This document shows, in pieces, positions 1-9,486 of a stretch of DNA of 64,000 nucleotides (its first letter is position 1; the number at the start of each line of letters is the position of its first letter). This DNA is from Candidatus Mediterraneibacter merdavium. Its GTDB lineage: Bacteria; Bacillota; Clostridia; Lachnospirales; Lachnospiraceae. A program made the translations under genes and the position numbers. The DNA is taken from assembly GCA_019118545.1 (NCBI GenBank), contig DWYT01000120.1, forward strand, positions 1,568 through 65,567, given 5' to 3'. The notes beneath the pieces are model-generated. The model saw only the letters and a program-made list of their open reading frames with translations. It ran no database searches and was not told where the DNA came from.

Positions 1-271
1 TGCTTTTCTGTCTCTGGAAAAAGGCGCGTATCTTATATGTCTTTGCGAGAAATGCCTGATTCTCCGCGTAGCGCTTCGGTATGTTCCTTGAAAACACCCG
101 GAAATAACAGTAGATCACCAGCAGCCAGCCAAGTATGTACATGGACAGACTCAGCGCGTCGTCAAAAACCGCTGACACGACGACAGCGACTAATCCCAGT
201 ATAAGGATAAATTTGGAGAGCTGATCCACTCCGTATCTTCCCTGCATAAAACGTATGAGTTTTTCTTTCAT
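1..271 (-). CDS. Conserved hypothetical membrane protein (partial, runs off the left edge)
   Basis: Manual translation MKEKLIRFMQGRYGVDQLSKFILILGLVAVVVSAVFDDALSLSMYILGWLLVIYCYFRVFSRNIPKRYAENQAFL... with two hydrophobic helices and AAGGA upstream; alternative ATG at 277. Not in the ORF track. Confidence 0.75.
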   Translation of the reverse strand, partial: MKEKLIRFMQGRYGVDQLSKFILILGLVAVVVSAVFDDALSLSMYILGWLLVIYCYFRVFSRNIPKRYAENQAFLAKTYKIRAFFQRQKS

Positions 272-374
272 TTTCATCCATCCTTTTTCATTTACGATAT
301 GGGATATATTTTCCCCTGTTTTTCCGGGAAAGTCAATTAAAATACTATTAAATCTCTAAGTTGCCCTGTCGGAT

Positions 375-1289
375 TTATTCTGGCTCGTTCAGGATGTTTC
401 CGCATATCTCGTCTGATATGAGATACACGATACGGGAGCCGTTCACCATCACATAACGGCTGCCGTCGCCGTCCTCGTTCCCGATATACAGTGTCAGCAC
501 TTGTTCCTCGTCGTCCTCTGTATAGGTCGCTTCTACTGTGATCCTTGACGCCTCGTCAAGACCGAAGCCTGCCAGATCAGCATCTTCCACAGAATAATCC
601 GCAGCCTCAGAAAGCGTCACCGCGCCAAGTCCTCCTGCCATTGCCGCGATATCCTCCTCCTGATCTTCGTTTTCGTTGTCATAGGTCGTCGTCTCCCCGT
701 TCCGGGTAATGACTTCTTTCACGAGATTGCCGCTGCCGATGCTCGGATATGTATCGAGCTGCGCGATATCGTCCAGTGTGTAGTCTAAGCTGTCCAACAC
801 CGTGGAAGCGACCGTATATACCGTGCCCTTATCCCCCACAGCCGCGTAGTAATTGTCCCCCGTCATATTTCCAAAGTATATATCCGTCACATTGCCGTCG
901 TCGTCTGTATATTCCACGGTGCAGGCTGGCTCATCCAGTCCGTAATCTGACAGATCATCCCCGTCCGTGAGTTCCCGCTCCGCTGTGATATTTCCCACAG
1001 CCTCCGCCATCGTCTCGGGATAGCTCTGCGCCAGCGGGAAGTCTGCATCCGGCGTATAGAACCATGTATTATCTTCCTTTTCAAAGCTCATCTCGCCGTT
1101 TCCCACGTCGAACTTCATGGACACGATATCCTCTGCGGCAGTGTCCGTCACATGGATCACCGCCGCCTCTTCCTCTTTCTTCTGCTCTTCTTCTTTGTTC
1201 CTGTTCCATGCCTGCAGTCCGAAATACACGGCTAACAGCACCGCAAGTACGGCCAGAAGGATGAAAAGTCCTTTGTTTTTCTTCATCAT
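375..1289 (-). CDS. DUF4340 domain-containing protein, membrane-anchored (accessory to the Gld-like ABC system)
   Basis: N-terminal TM anchor and two repeated acidic modules (DLSDYGLDEP / DLAGFGLDEA); overlaps the GldG-like gene. Confidence 0.75.
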   Translation of the reverse strand: MMKKNKGLFILLAVLAVLLAVYFGLQAWNRNKEEEQKKEEEAAVIHVTDTAAEDIVSMKFDVGNGEMSFEKEDNTWFYTPDADFPLAQSYPETMAEAVGNITAERELTDGDDLSDYGLDEPACTVEYTDDDGNVTDIYFGNMTGDNYYAAVGDKGTVYTVASTVLDSLDYTLDDIAQLDTYPSIGSGNLVKEVITRNGETTTYDNENEDQEEDIAAMAGGLGAVTLSEAADYSVEDADLAGFGLDEASRITVEATYTEDDEEQVLTLYIGNEDGDGSRYVMVNGSRIVYLISDEICGNILNEPE

Positions 1290-2845
1290 GCTTTCCTCCT
1301 TTTAAACCATACGACGAATCCGCCGATGAGGATCGCTGCCGGGATACCGAAGATCATGAACAGGCTGAACAACCCGGCGTACTGCACGGTATTGTACTCT
1401 ACGCTTAAGCTCTTCGCCTCGATGGACAGATTCTGCACACCCTCAAAGTTTGCGGATACCGCGTTCATGAAGAGCTGCGTGTTCTCAAGCTGCGGGAAGG
1501 TATCCGTGATGTTCTGATCGATCAGGCTGCCCGCAGTGATGACCGTCAGACGACTCTCTATTGTCTCCGCCTCTCCATCTGTGCTGTCTTCCGAGGTGTC
1601 TGCCGCCTCCTCCTCCGCACTGTCTTCCGAGGTGTCTGCATCATCTTCGTCTGTGATGCTGTTATCCGAAGCCTCCGCATCGTCCCCGTTCGTGCTGTCG
1701 TCACCTGAGCCATCGCCTACCGCAACTTCCTCTGTCGCCACTGCTCCCAGCGTGTAAGTTCCCTGCTCCTGTGAGTCCTCTGTCACTGCGTACGCCTGCT
1801 CTGATGTCGTTAAAAATGAGATCGTGGAGATCGTGTCTCTCTCCGGATCGGTCAGATTCATGCCGTGGGTGTTCGTCAGCAGCGCCATCTGTGATTCGAT
1901 GCCGGAGGCCATATCGCCTGATACGGACATCTCCGGGAAGATATAGTAGGGATTGTTCTGGTAACATCTTGCCGGGTCCGCGATATACCCTTCCGCCGGT
2001 TCCATGCCGTATCTCTTCATGACTGCCGCCAGATTCGGAAGGTCAGACGCGCCGGTATCACCTAAGAGCACCAGCACCTTTCCGCCTGCTGCCAGATAAC
2101 CTGTCAGCATCTCTGCTTCCGATTCCGACAGGTCTGTCGCCGGAACGTACATGAGCAGAAGATCGCAGTCATCAGGTATCGCCTCTGTCATAAGCATATT
2201 GATCTCTGAGAGTGTGTAACTGTTCTTATCCATCAGATCCGTGACCGTGGAAGACAGAGATCCTTCCCCGTGCCCAGTCGTCTGATAGATCGTTTTTCCC
2301 ACTTCGTTGGTCACATAGTTGACCGCGCTCGTAAGCTGCCCTTCCCCGTCAAACTCTGTGTAGGATGTGCTTCCATAGTAGTAATAAGAATATTCATCCA
2401 TCACAAGGATATCCCCGAAGGAGACTGTCGTCGTCTTACCTGTATCCGGGCAGGAGATGACGACCGTATTTTCCGTCGTGTCATACTCCGTAAGCGCTGA
2501 CGGGTGCAGCACCGGATCGACCCACTCTACGTTAATCTTATCAGAAAGCGCCTCGTATTTGCTCAGAAAAGTAGCGATGCGCTCATCCGTCTCCTCCTTC
2601 ACTGCCAGCACTGTCATGTCTACTTCTTTGTCCAAGCTGTCAAGAAGTTCTGTTGTCGTGTCGGATATCTCGTAAATCTTCGTACTGCTTACGTCAATGT
2701 TGCGGTAGGCTTCCGGTATCTGTCCCACGATCAGGTTGAATACGATAACCACCGCCACGACGAGGACGGTAAGACCAACGCTGTACGCGCCGTGTCTCGT
2801 ACCCGTTGTGCCGAATATTTCTTTGATATTTTTCATTTTCTTCAA
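1286..2845 (-). CDS. GldG-like ABC-type auxiliary component
   Basis: N- and C-terminal TM helices; IDVSSTKIYEIS, FDGEGQLTSA, TGHGE motifs; acidic low-complexity insert. Confidence 0.8.
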   Translation of the reverse strand: MKKMKNIKEIFGTTGTRHGAYSVGLTVLVVAVVIVFNLIVGQIPEAYRNIDVSSTKIYEISDTTTELLDSLDKEVDMTVLAVKEETDERIATFLSKYEALSDKINVEWVDPVLHPSALTEYDTTENTVVISCPDTGKTTTVSFGDILVMDEYSYYYYGSTSYTEFDGEGQLTSAVNYVTNEVGKTIYQTTGHGEGSLSSTVTDLMDKNSYTLSEINMLMTEAIPDDCDLLLMYVPATDLSESEAEMLTGYLAAGGKVLVLLGDTGASDLPNLAAVMKRYGMEPAEGYIADPARCYQNNPYYIFPEMSVSGDMASGIESQMALLTNTHGMNLTDPERDTISTISFLTTSEQAYAVTEDSQEQGTYTLGAVATEEVAVGDGSGDDSTNGDDAEASDNSITDEDDADTSEDSAEEEAADTSEDSTDGEAETIESRLTVITAGSLIDQNITDTFPQLENTQLFMNAVSANFEGVQNLSIEAKSLSVEYNTVQYAGLFSLFMIFGIPAAILIGGFVVWFKRRKA

Positions 2846-2857
2846 AGTCCTGACCTC

Positions 2858-3724
2858 CTAACTCCAACGTCTTTTCTGGATCGCCTGTACCGTGAGGAAC
2901 ACAAATACAGCGATCAGCGACAGATACAGCGCGATCCCGGTGACGTCCACGATATTGTTGGACGTAATGCCTGTAAATACATTTGCAATCGCCATTTTCC
3001 CGAGAAGATTAGACAGAAGATTCTCGTAGATCTCTGATTTCACAGCATAGACTACGACCGCAGCAATCACGCCTGCCGTCCCGATCCCCCCGGACAGAAC
3101 CATGTTATCGGTCATGCGCCAGATATAGACTACCACAACAGCCATCAGGATCAGGACGCCCACAAACCCGCTTACCGCTGAACCCGGCAGCATGGAGAGT
3201 ATCCCGTCCCACAGATAGAGGATCAGCAGGATACCGAAGGTACTGATAAAGGCGATGATCTGGCTCTCTGTCAGCGCGGAGAGAAACATCCCAATGGCAG
3301 CGTATACGCATCCAAGCAGGAAGAATACAAGAATAGAAAGATAATCTACTGTAAGATACGCTGTTCCTTGGGACTTAATAATGAGCGGAAAGATACAGAA
3401 TATCACATTCGGCACCGCGATCACTGTGACCATGGCAAGGTATTTCCCGAGCACGACCTGACCAAGGCTCACGGGAGCCGTCAAAAGAAGCTGATCCGTC
3501 TTGTTCTTCCGCTCCTCGGAAAAACTTCGCATGGTGATGAGCGGGATACCCACGATGAATACGATGAGCGACCCGGAAAGTGTATAAGAAAAATACGGAT
3601 AGCCTGCCGTCATGTTGTATGCCATAAAGTAGATGCCTGTAAACGCGATGAGAAACGCCACGAATACCGGACCGACCATGGACTGAAAATAGGACTTCAA
3701 TTCTCTTTTATAGATCGCCAGCAT
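2858..3724 (-). CDS. ABC-2 type permease (GldF-like)
   Basis: Likely start MLAIYKRELKSYF; TMRSFSEERKNKTDQLLLTAPVS motif; multiple TM helices. Confidence 0.85.
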   Translation of the reverse strand: MLAIYKRELKSYFQSMVGPVFVAFLIAFTGIYFMAYNMTAGYPYFSYTLSGSLIVFIVGIPLITMRSFSEERKNKTDQLLLTAPVSLGQVVLGKYLAMVTVIAVPNVIFCIFPLIIKSQGTAYLTVDYLSILVFFLLGCVYAAIGMFLSALTESQIIAFISTFGILLILYLWDGILSMLPGSAVSGFVGVLILMAVVVVYIWRMTDNMVLSGGIGTAGVIAAVVVYAVKSEIYENLLSNLLGKMAIANVFTGITSNNIVDVTGIALYLSLIAVFVFLTVQAIQKRRWS

Positions 3725-4856
3725 CTTCCTGTGCCTCCTCTCCTTCTTTTTCCCTCTCCGCCGCTCCAGTGAGGACATCCTGCTTTTCCGCCGTGACGGA
3801 AGTACCACCCTTCTGCGCTGTGACGGAAATACCGCCCTTCTCCGCCGTCTCAGGGAGGACTGCATCCTTCATCAGCGTTTCAGGGATAACGCCTTTCCGC
3901 GCCAATGCCTCGGGGAGAATATCCTTCTGGGTCAGCTCCATGAACACATCCTCCAGTGTGGTTCCCGACGCCTTCAGAGTCAGAAGCGGGATTCCTGCCG
4001 AAGCAAAGGCGTTAAATACACGCTCCCGTACATCCTGCCCTTTTTTCTCGTGGATGAGCGCTGTGCATGTCGTTTCCCCTTTTTCTTTGATCTCGATGCG
4101 CTCGACGCCCGGAACGCTCTTTAATACAAGACGGATATCGGATGGTGTCGCGTCTGCTTCGATCTCCACTGTATTGTGCTCTCCAAGAAGCTGCTCCAAG
4201 TTCTCCGGCGTGTCGCTCGCCACAAGTTTCCCCTTGGAGATGATGAGGATATGGTCGCACACCTCCCTCACCTCAGCGAGGATATGAGAGCTTAGGATAA
4301 CTGTATGCTTCTTTGCCAGCTTGCGGATCAGCTCACGGATCTCGATGATCTGCTTCGGATCAAGTCCTACGCTTGGCTCATCCAGTATAATGATCTCAGG
4401 GAATCCCAAAACCGCCTGCGCAAACCCCACTCTCTGTCTGTATCCTTTGGAAAGGTTTTTTATCAGACGGTGCTCCACGTCTTTGATCTTCACCAGTTTT
4501 TCCACTTCCGTGATCTCATCCGCTCGTTTCGCTTTCTTGATACCCTTTAGTTCTGCCGCGAATTCCAGATATTCTCTTACCGTCATATCCATGTACAGAG
4601 GCGGCTGCTCGGGCAGATAGCCGATATGCTTTTTCGCCTTCTCCGGCTCTTTTAAGATATTGTGCCCGTCTATAAACACCTCCCCTTCCGTCGCTCCAAG
4701 ATACCCTGCCATGATGTTCATGGTCGTTGACTTTCCAGCGCCGTTCGAACCCAAAAAGCCGTAGATCCTCCCTGATTCAATCTTGAAACTCAGGTGATCT
4801 ACGGCTGTATGGTTTCCGTATTTTTTGACCAGATTCCTTACTTCGATCAATGCCAT
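3708..4856 (-). CDS. ABC transporter ATP-binding protein (GldA-like)
   Basis: Walker A GSNGAGKST, signature LSKGYRQR, Walker B IIILDEP, SSH switch. Confidence 0.92.
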   Translation of the reverse strand: MALIEVRNLVKKYGNHTAVDHLSFKIESGRIYGFLGSNGAGKSTTMNIMAGYLGATEGEVFIDGHNILKEPEKAKKHIGYLPEQPPLYMDMTVREYLEFAAELKGIKKAKRADEITEVEKLVKIKDVEHRLIKNLSKGYRQRVGFAQAVLGFPEIIILDEPSVGLDPKQIIEIRELIRKLAKKHTVILSSHILAEVREVCDHILIISKGKLVASDTPENLEQLLGEHNTVEIEADATPSDIRLVLKSVPGVERIEIKEKGETTCTALIHEKKGQDVRERVFNAFASAGIPLLTLKASGTTLEDVFMELTQKDILPEALARKGVIPETLMKDAVLPETAEKGGISVTAQKGGTSVTAEKQDVLTGAAEREKEGEEAQEDAGDL

Positions 4857-4904
4857 ACCCTCCTAAACTTATTCTGTTTAAAGGGTATCAGCATTGTGTG
4901 AACG

Positions 4905-6908
4905 TTATGTGTTGGAAATGTGACGGAGTTTTGATTTGCGTTTTCTTCTGTCTGTTCCTGTCTGCCACGCGGCCAACAATGCTTTTACGCGATAAGGCAG
5001 ACGCTGGCGCCCGGTCTGGGCCGCCGTTGTTTTCTTCTGCACTCTCTTCGGCACCGGGACGGTTTTCTGTACTTCCTTTTCCCTGTGTCTTTCATATTCT
5101 TCCTTTAGTATCTGCTCCGCCTCAGGCTCCGGCAGGGGATAATAGAACATATACCCCTGCACCGCGTCGCAGGATAACTCTTTGAGAACCGCCAGCGTCT
5201 CTTCTTCCTCCACACCCTCGGCAAGGCATTTTACGGACACCTCATGCTCTGCCCTGATCAGCGCTCCTAGTATTTTCCTTGCCTTATCCTCTGTGACGGT
5301 GTCTGTCAGGCTCCTGTCGAGCTTCACGATATCAATGGGATAGTGCAGCAGATCTTTAAAGGAAGTATAGCCTTCCCCAAAATCATCGAGCGCAAGCCTG
5401 ACGCCATATTCCTTCATCTGCTCCGCGTTCTTCCTGATCTGTTCCGCATCGCCCGGATCCGGGCTCTCTGTCAGCTCAAAGGTCAGAAGGTTTATATTGA
5501 AGTCATGCTTCTCAATGATCTCCCTGCATCTCTCCACAAAATCCGGCGCGGTAAAGCTCGTTCTGGAAAAATTGCAGGAAAGGAAAAAACCGCTTCCCTC
5601 TCTGCCGAAATTTCTCTCCAGAAACGCGCACACGCGCTCCAGCATCAGAAAATCCAGTTTGCGGATGTGTCCCGTTCTCTCAAGGACGGGTATAAATGTC
5701 CCCGGGGTCAGCAGCCCTTTCGCCGGGTGCAGCCACCTTGTCAGCGCCTCCGCCCCGCACACCTCTCCACTGTGCGTCTCCACATAGAACTGTACGTACA
5801 TCTGAAATTCCCTGTTTTCGAATGCCCTCTCTATATCGCCCTCAATCATCTTCTCCTCACGAAATTGTTCGAGCACCTCATCCGAACAGATACGGAAATC
5901 CACATTCTGGCGGGACGCCATACGTGCGGTCTGTTCCGCGTTTGCAAGAATACTGTCCAGATTTTTGTCTGACTGTCTGAGAGGATAGACTCCCGCCCAC
6001 GCATTGATGCTGTATGTCCTGCCATGCTGTTCTGAATAAGCCCGTATCTTTTCCGCCGCCGCATGGATCCACGCGCCGCTCTCGCCGTGCTTTCCCGTCA
6101 GCTTAAAGAGCACGATTCCCTCCTGTGAAACCCGCGCGAGGATATCCTGATCCCCCGCGTATTCATTGAGGACGTCCCCTGCGTAACGCACCGCTTCCTC
6201 AGCTTCGCTTCGTCCCCCAATCCTCGCTGCTCTCTCCGTATCAATCCAGAAATAGTACACATAGTACATCACTCTGTTATGGTCATTGACGAGCTGACCG
6301 TAATATTTCTCCAGATAATCTCTGTTCCCAAGCCCTGTCGCATCGTCGTGCCTTAATCTGAATTCTGTCCGGTGCGCCCGTCTGCGGTATCTGTACAGCA
6401 GGATTCCGAGCAGGACTGCCACGGCAAAAAGCAGGGCGACGGCCGCTATCATACCCTGATCCATGCGCCTTGCCTCCCGCTCCGCGTTCGTCACCTCCAT
6501 AAGAAGCCCCGTCTTTTCACTTTCCGAAATACCTTCAAAATATTTTTTCAGATCTTTTTTGAACCCCTCCGGAGCGGACTCGGTAAACGTGATCCCATAG
6601 GAAACAGTCTCGCCGCCCTGCTCTGTCTCAAACACTGTGACTGTCTCCCCTGCGGGCTGATAGTCTCCGCCCACACCCGAAATCACGTCTGTCTGCATAT
6701 TTTCAAAATGCCGCTCCCTGTGGTCTTTGCCATCAGTCTCATAGTAAATGATTTCATATCCGCTCTTTTCCGCAAAATCGCCGAGCATCTCCGGTATCGC
6801 GCCCTCAAACGCATTGCCCGCGCCGTCGTAATACTCCAGCGGATAAAGTTCCGGGTTGCCGGACACATAGATCGTACTCCCTGCCACAGTGTCTACCCTC
6901 TTTCTCAT
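4905..6908 (-). CDS. Membrane-bound EAL c-di-GMP phosphodiesterase with degenerate GGDEF and SBP-like N-terminal domain
   Basis: EALTRW, FELTE, DDFGEGY, KLDRS, AEGVE and QGY intact; GGDEF position reads RVSQEGI; one TM helix. Confidence 0.85.
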   Translation of the reverse strand: MRKRVDTVAGSTIYVSGNPELYPLEYYDGAGNAFEGAIPEMLGDFAEKSGYEIIYYETDGKDHRERHFENMQTDVISGVGGDYQPAGETVTVFETEQGGETVSYGITFTESAPEGFKKDLKKYFEGISESEKTGLLMEVTNAEREARRMDQGMIAAVALLFAVAVLLGILLYRYRRRAHRTEFRLRHDDATGLGNRDYLEKYYGQLVNDHNRVMYYVYYFWIDTERAARIGGRSEAEEAVRYAGDVLNEYAGDQDILARVSQEGIVLFKLTGKHGESGAWIHAAAEKIRAYSEQHGRTYSINAWAGVYPLRQSDKNLDSILANAEQTARMASRQNVDFRICSDEVLEQFREEKMIEGDIERAFENREFQMYVQFYVETHSGEVCGAEALTRWLHPAKGLLTPGTFIPVLERTGHIRKLDFLMLERVCAFLERNFGREGSGFFLSCNFSRTSFTAPDFVERCREIIEKHDFNINLLTFELTESPDPGDAEQIRKNAEQMKEYGVRLALDDFGEGYTSFKDLLHYPIDIVKLDRSLTDTVTEDKARKILGALIRAEHEVSVKCLAEGVEEEETLAVLKELSCDAVQGYMFYYPLPEPEAEQILKEEYERHREKEVQKTVPVPKRVQKKTTAAQTGRQRLPYRVKALLAAWQTGTDRRKRKSKLRHISNT

Positions 6909-6913
6909 ATTTT

Positions 6914-8317
6914 CTAGTCAAAGTCTATCTTCTTCCTCTCGATCCGTCCCCACTGATTCTTCTTTCTGCGGTATCCCGCCAGAGCGCTCATGCGCACCCA
7001 CGCGAGCGCGAACCTAAGGCATGACACCTCAAAGAAGCAGAGCCCTACCGCCTTTATCATATCTGAGGCGGACAATTCCAGATCCGCCGTATGCACCCGC
7101 GAGAAGAACGCGGTCAGGGAAAGTACCGCCGAATAAACTGCGTAAATAAGGAAGAACAGTATCATAAACGGCACATTAATCAGGTCAACATAAAACGCAA
7201 ACAGCACCGTCAGCACCCCGAACACCTCTATGTATGGCGAGAGCAGCTCGTACAGCAGAAAATACATATAAGAGACAAAGCTCACCAGTCCATACTTGGG
7301 ATTAAAAAAAATCCGCTTAAACTCCATCATGCTCTGGAACAGCCCGATATGCCATCGTCTGCGCTGTTTCGCGAGATCCCGGAAACGCTCCGGCACCTGC
7401 GTCCAGCAGACCGCGTCCGCAGCATAGCGGATCCGGTATGGTATTTCATGCTCCCTGCAGAAGACGTGGAGCTTTACGACCAGCTCCATATCCTCTCCGA
7501 GGCTGCCCGCCGCATATCCGCCCACATTGATCACCATGCTCTTCTTAAACAGCCCGAACGCCCCGGAAATGATAATGCTTCCGTTGAACTTGTCGAAGAG
7601 GATGCGCGACGCAAGGAACGAACGGTCGTATTCGAGCACCTGCATACACGCGAGGAGTTTTTTCGGCAGCCCGTACTTTACAAGCTGTCCGTTCTTTATC
7701 ACCGCTCCGTTGCATGGGCGCACAGTCCCTCCCACTGCGATCACGTGGTCATCCCCAAGGACGGGGCGCACGATCTTCTCAAGGGAATCATTCTGCAGGA
7801 CAGAGTCAGCGTCCATACATATGAAATACGGGTAACGCGCAGCGTTAATTCCCATGTTAAGGGCATCCGCTTTCCCGCCGTTTTTCTTTCTTATGAGCGT
7901 GACAGGCACTTTGAATATCCTTGTCTCAAATACAGCCTCCTCCGGCTGACATTTAAGCTGCCTTTGTATGGGACGCGCGATCTGTTTCATGGAAAATGCC
8001 CGCACCATCACATCGGACGTCTCGTCCGTGGAGCCGTCGTCCACAACCACGATCTCATACAGACTGTACTTAAGCGCCAGAAGCGAACGCACTGTCGCCT
8101 CGATAGTCACACTCTCATTGTGCGCCGGGACAACGATCGTCACCGGAACATAATAATCTTTTTTTAATTCATTCTTAAGCTTCCCACGGCGCTTTGCGTC
8201 CCACAGCTCTGAACTTCCCACTGTCACAGACATCATAAGGAAGCTCGCGTAACCGACCAGATAAAGCACAAAGAAGATTCCCACATACTGGAAAAACACC
8301 TGATACAGATCTTTCAT
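6914..8317 (-). CDS. Processive glycosyltransferase family 2 (cellulose/PNAG synthase-like)
   Basis: PAHNE, DDGSTD, GGKADALN, DADS, GEDMEL and QRRRW motifs; N- and C-terminal TMs. Confidence 0.92.
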   Translation of the reverse strand: MKDLYQVFFQYVGIFFVLYLVGYASFLMMSVTVGSSELWDAKRRGKLKNELKKDYYVPVTIVVPAHNESVTIEATVRSLLALKYSLYEIVVVDDGSTDETSDVMVRAFSMKQIARPIQRQLKCQPEEAVFETRIFKVPVTLIRKKNGGKADALNMGINAARYPYFICMDADSVLQNDSLEKIVRPVLGDDHVIAVGGTVRPCNGAVIKNGQLVKYGLPKKLLACMQVLEYDRSFLASRILFDKFNGSIIISGAFGLFKKSMVINVGGYAAGSLGEDMELVVKLHVFCREHEIPYRIRYAADAVCWTQVPERFRDLAKQRRRWHIGLFQSMMEFKRIFFNPKYGLVSFVSYMYFLLYELLSPYIEVFGVLTVLFAFYVDLINVPFMILFFLIYAVYSAVLSLTAFFSRVHTADLELSASDMIKAVGLCFFEVSCLRFALAWVRMSALAGYRRKKNQWGRIERKKIDFD

Positions 8318-9486
8318 GCACCTCGCCCCCTCTCACCCCGGACTCTGCTCTCCTCCTGAGGCCCCGGCCCTTCCATGAGCCGCCGCTCCTGAAAGCGGTA
8401 TTCCATCATCTCTCTGGCATAACGGTCTTCCCCGGACATCACATCAATGAGACGGGTATAAGAAAGCCCCCTTGCCTCAAGGCTCACCGCCGCATTATAG
8501 CGGACATACCAGTTGGAACTGTACAGGGCGCTTTTAAGGGCGGATATCACATCCTCCCCGTCATAGTCTTTCAGCGCGCCCGCCGCCACTGCCGCATACT
8601 CCCAGTGAAGCGCCTCTTTGTCCGTGGCAAGCCTGATAAGTACGCTGCGCGCCTTCTCATACGGATACCGTCCGAAGTACCGCACTGCGGACAGGCGAAG
8701 CTCCCGGTCCTCACTCTCGTCTGTCATGATACGGTACATAAGTTCCTTGTAAGCGCCTGATTTAAAACGGATATAGTTCAGTATCGCAAGCCGGGTCTTC
8801 CCCGAAAGTTCCCCGAACTGTTCCACCAGTCTTTCTATAAGCTCCCCGTGATCTCCCGAGAAGCTCAGCAGTCCTTCCGTCAGCACCCGCTCATGAAGGA
8901 ACACTTCCATCTTATCCTGCACTGCTACCGCTTTCGATACATACTCCGCGTTTCCCATAGCGTAGAGAGCGTCAAGAGCATTGACACGGCAGTACATATT
9001 TTCCTGCGCCGCATATTTCAGAAGGCTTTCCAAAAGGGCAGCGTCATAGTCTGAGCCGCGTCTATAGTGCGACAGGAACACCGCAAAATACGCTGTCTGC
9101 ATATAGTCCTTTTTCAGATAACCTTCCGCAAGAGCGGGCAGCAGCGGCTGTAATCCCATGATGAAACGCTCCCCTGCTTCCTGCTGTTCTTTGCCGGAAA
9201 TCGCAGAAAGCGCCTCAGAAAGCGTCAGAAGGGCCTCCGGCTTTCCCAGATCCAGCCTTTCCTCCTTTAAAAATGCCCGGACATCCAGCTCTTCACCGTC
9301 CTCTGTGTCCGCGTCAGCACCGCGTCCGGCGGCATATTTTTTCAGCAGCGCCTCTTTTACGCGCTCTGCTCTCTTGGTGGTCTGCGGCTCTTTTGCCCTT
9401 AGCACGATATTGTAAATGATATTGAACACAATCATACTCAGGCATACCGCGCCGTATCCATATATGAGAACCTCACTTCCCGACAT
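8314..9486 (-). CDS. HEAT-repeat protein with N-terminal TM helix
   Basis: Likely start MSGSEVLIYGY; helical repeats such as ELRLSAVRYFG and NWYVRYNAAVSL; overlaps GT2. Confidence 0.75.
   Translation of the reverse strand: MSGSEVLIYGYGAVCLSMIVFNIIYNIVLRAKEPQTTKRAERVKEALLKKYAAGRGADADTEDGEELDVRAFLKEERLDLGKPEALLTLSEALSAISGKEQQEAGERFIMGLQPLLPALAEGYLKKDYMQTAYFAVFLSHYRRGSDYDAALLESLLKYAAQENMYCRVNALDALYAMGNAEYVSKAVAVQDKMEVFLHERVLTEGLLSFSGDHGELIERLVEQFGELSGKTRLAILNYIRFKSGAYKELMYRIMTDESEDRELRLSAVRYFGRYPYEKARSVLIRLATDKEALHWEYAAVAAGALKDYDGEDVISALKSALYSSNWYVRYNAAVSLEARGLSYTRLIDVMSGEDRYAREMMEYRFQERRLMEGPGPQEESRVRGERGRGA

Noticed and set aside
3770-3930. 27-30-bp degenerate repeats in the ABC ATPase tail (and acidic repeats in the GldG-like gene)
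   Set aside because: Ordinary low-complexity linker expansions
7091-8167. 358-aa plus-strand ORF
   Set aside because: Antisense shadow of the GT2 gene
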